Assembly: GCA_004431415.1 (NCBI GenBank)
Contig: QPMI01000005.1
Coordinates: 1,054,001 to 1,118,000, forward strand
DNA: 64,000 bases
Reading direction: 5' to 3'
Source of the DNA: Cyanophora paradoxa CCMP329
Taxonomy: Eukaryota > Plantae > Glaucophyta
Shown here: piece by piece, positions 62,501 to 64,000 of the stretch
Position numbering within the stretch: the first letter of the stretch is position 1
Layout: every line of letters starts with the position of its first letter
Notes under the pieces: generated by a model
Told to the model about the DNA's origin: nothing
Database searches by the model: none
What the model saw: only the letters and a program-made list of their open reading frames with translations
Program-made: the position numbers and the translations under genes

Positions 62501-64000
62501 CCCGGGGCCGGTGGGCGCCACGCCGCCAGCAGCGCCACGTTTCTGGGCGGGGGCGAGGGTTCGGGATCGACCGATTTTCGGGATCGATCGATCGATTTTC
62601 GGGATCGAACGATTGATTTTCGGGATCGATCGAAGGCGGACCTGAGCGGGGGCGAGGAAGAGGCGCGGAGGTGCCTCGCCAGGGCCCCCAGCGTCGCCCA
62701 GCTCCTACGGCAAGCGCGCGTAAGAAGGAACGAAAGGAAGCTTCAAATCGAATTAAAACGAAAGGAGAGTGGATCGATCGATTTTCGGGATCGATCGATT
62801 TTCGGGATCGATCGATCGTTCGGGATCGATCGATCGTTCGGGATCGAACGCACTGGCTGTCGGCGAGGTGGAGGTCGTCAAGGACAATGAGGAGGTGCCT
62901 GCTCGCGCGCACGCACGCACGCACGCCCCGCCCAGTAAGCAAACGAACAAACAACAGATCGAAGATCTAGTCTAGAATTTAGAATCAAGATTTGTCTGTG
63001 TCCAACAGCCTCAAGGGAAAGGGCGCGCGCGCTCGAGCTCGCCTGCCGGAGGCGGCGAGGCCGGAGACGAGGGCGACGATGAGGCCCCTCAGCATCCCCG
63101 GGATGTCCAGCGCCGCCTCTGCGAACGAAGCGAAGGCGAAGTTAGATGGAAGTAAAGTTAAACGCTCGCAACTGAAGCCTAAGAGGAAGCTAGATGTAAA
63201 GTGAGCTTTACCCTTAAAGAAGCTTAGAGAACGTTAAGCTAAGGTGAAGACGAAGGAGGTGAAGTTAGATGCAAGCGATGCTGAAAGAGCTCGAAGCTCG
63301 AAGGAGCAAAGCTAGAAGCTTGAAGCTAAGCTATATGTCCAGTGCCACCTCTGCAAGAGAAACGCCCAGAGAAGCGCAGGAGCGCACAGGGGCCCTGGGC
63401 GTGGCCATGGGCCGCTGGAAGGCTTAAAGGGCTTAAAGGCTAAAGGGCTTAAGAGAGCTAAAAGAAGCTTTGTTGAGGGTTTTCTAAAAAGGCTTTCATT
63501 GAAGAAAAGGAGCGCACCGGGGCCGTGGGCGTGGGCCGCGTCCGCGCCCTGGAGGGCGGCGAGGAGCCCCCCGAAGCGGCTCTTCTTGGCCAGCGCGGCG
63601 AACGTCCGCCCCTTGAGCATCCCGGAGCCCCCCAGCTGGCCCAGCAAGGCGCCCCACCCTCCTCCGCCCACGCTCGGCCGCGGCGCTGGCGCCGCTGCTG
63701 CCTCGTCCCCGACGCCGTTGCCGTTGCCGTTGCCGGCCGCCATGGCCAGCGCTTTGCTGTTCAATGTGGCGAGGCCTCCGCCGCCGCCGCCGTTGCCGCT
63801 GCCGTTCAAGGGCGCGGGGGAGCCAGCGGACGACCCGGATCCGGAGAGGGCCCGCCCCTCGAGGGCGAGGGGCGCGATGCGGCTGCGGAGCGCGGCCCAT
63901 CCCTTCTTGCCGCCGGTTGGGCCTAGGCCCTTGGCGGCGCCCGGGCCCGCGCTCGCGTCAGGCGCCGTGGAAGGGGTCGGAGCCGGCGAGGCGGGGGCGG
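55203..64000 (-). CDS. ADCY10-like STAND/AAA ATPase with TPR-like helical C-terminus (5' end outside window)
   Basis: Walker B HLLIVLDDLHLADSQ|SW, LTLGALSE|DDVEALI, RLDRL...QAATLKLASVSGVRFS, YEFQSSLMQ|EVCYSLLPVTQRRELH, VLAHHF. These match the adenylate-cyclase-associated NTPase/winged-helix/TPR architecture. Confidence 0.75.
60150..60655. repeat. Intronic tandem repeat (gactaggacacgcttcaatttagactggatt-like)
   Basis: Several degenerate copies visible. Confidence 0.7.
61430..62850. repeat. Intronic minisatellite arrays of TCGGGATCGA-core units (also 44571-44618 in reverse)
   Basis: Repeated ttcgggatcgatcgaacg-like units at ~61430, ~61790, ~62560 and ~62770. Confidence 0.8.

Noticed and set aside
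61430-62850. TCGGGATCGA repeats as a CRISPR-like array
   Set aside because: Short degenerate tandem units without unique spacers, located inside introns, and no cas genes nearby.
1-64000. Most long Arg/Pro/Ala/Gly-rich ORFs in the six-frame track
   Set aside because: They are artefacts of high GC content and read-through of introns or antisense strands. The real genes are split into short exons.
1-64000. tRNA/rRNA genes or autonomous transposase/reverse transcriptase genes
   Set aside because: No recognisable structures or motifs were seen by eye.

Overview
This is GC-rich, intron-dense eukaryotic DNA from a protist or alga. The short GT/GC-AG introns full of GTACCCC motifs are reminiscent of a glaucophyte such as Cyanophora, but that assignment is tentative. 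The raw ORF track is mostly spurious, so genes were reconstructed by joining exons by eye, and boundaries are approximate. Housekeeping-type genes are TrmO (two copies plus a fragment), CstF-64, a creatininase-family amidohydrolase, a Zn-ribbon/WD40 protein, an ankyrin protein and a ParB/sulfiredoxin-like protein. The most notable content is a set of genes resembling innate-immunity components. (i) An Mx-like dynamin carries a ~190-aa beta-rich domain inserted at the L4/PH position and lies between the duplicated TrmO copies. (ii) A VWA + IFI44-like GTPase + 2x CCCH + U-box fusion protein. (iii) Three F-box/LRR-like genes, two of them divergent paralogs. (iv) A 5'-truncated ADCY10-like STAND ATPase-TPR gene. 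Structural oddities are a ~5-kb segment duplicated in inverted and circularly permuted form, recurrent duplication of splice sites inside introns with C>T/G>A decay, and frequent GC-AG introns.
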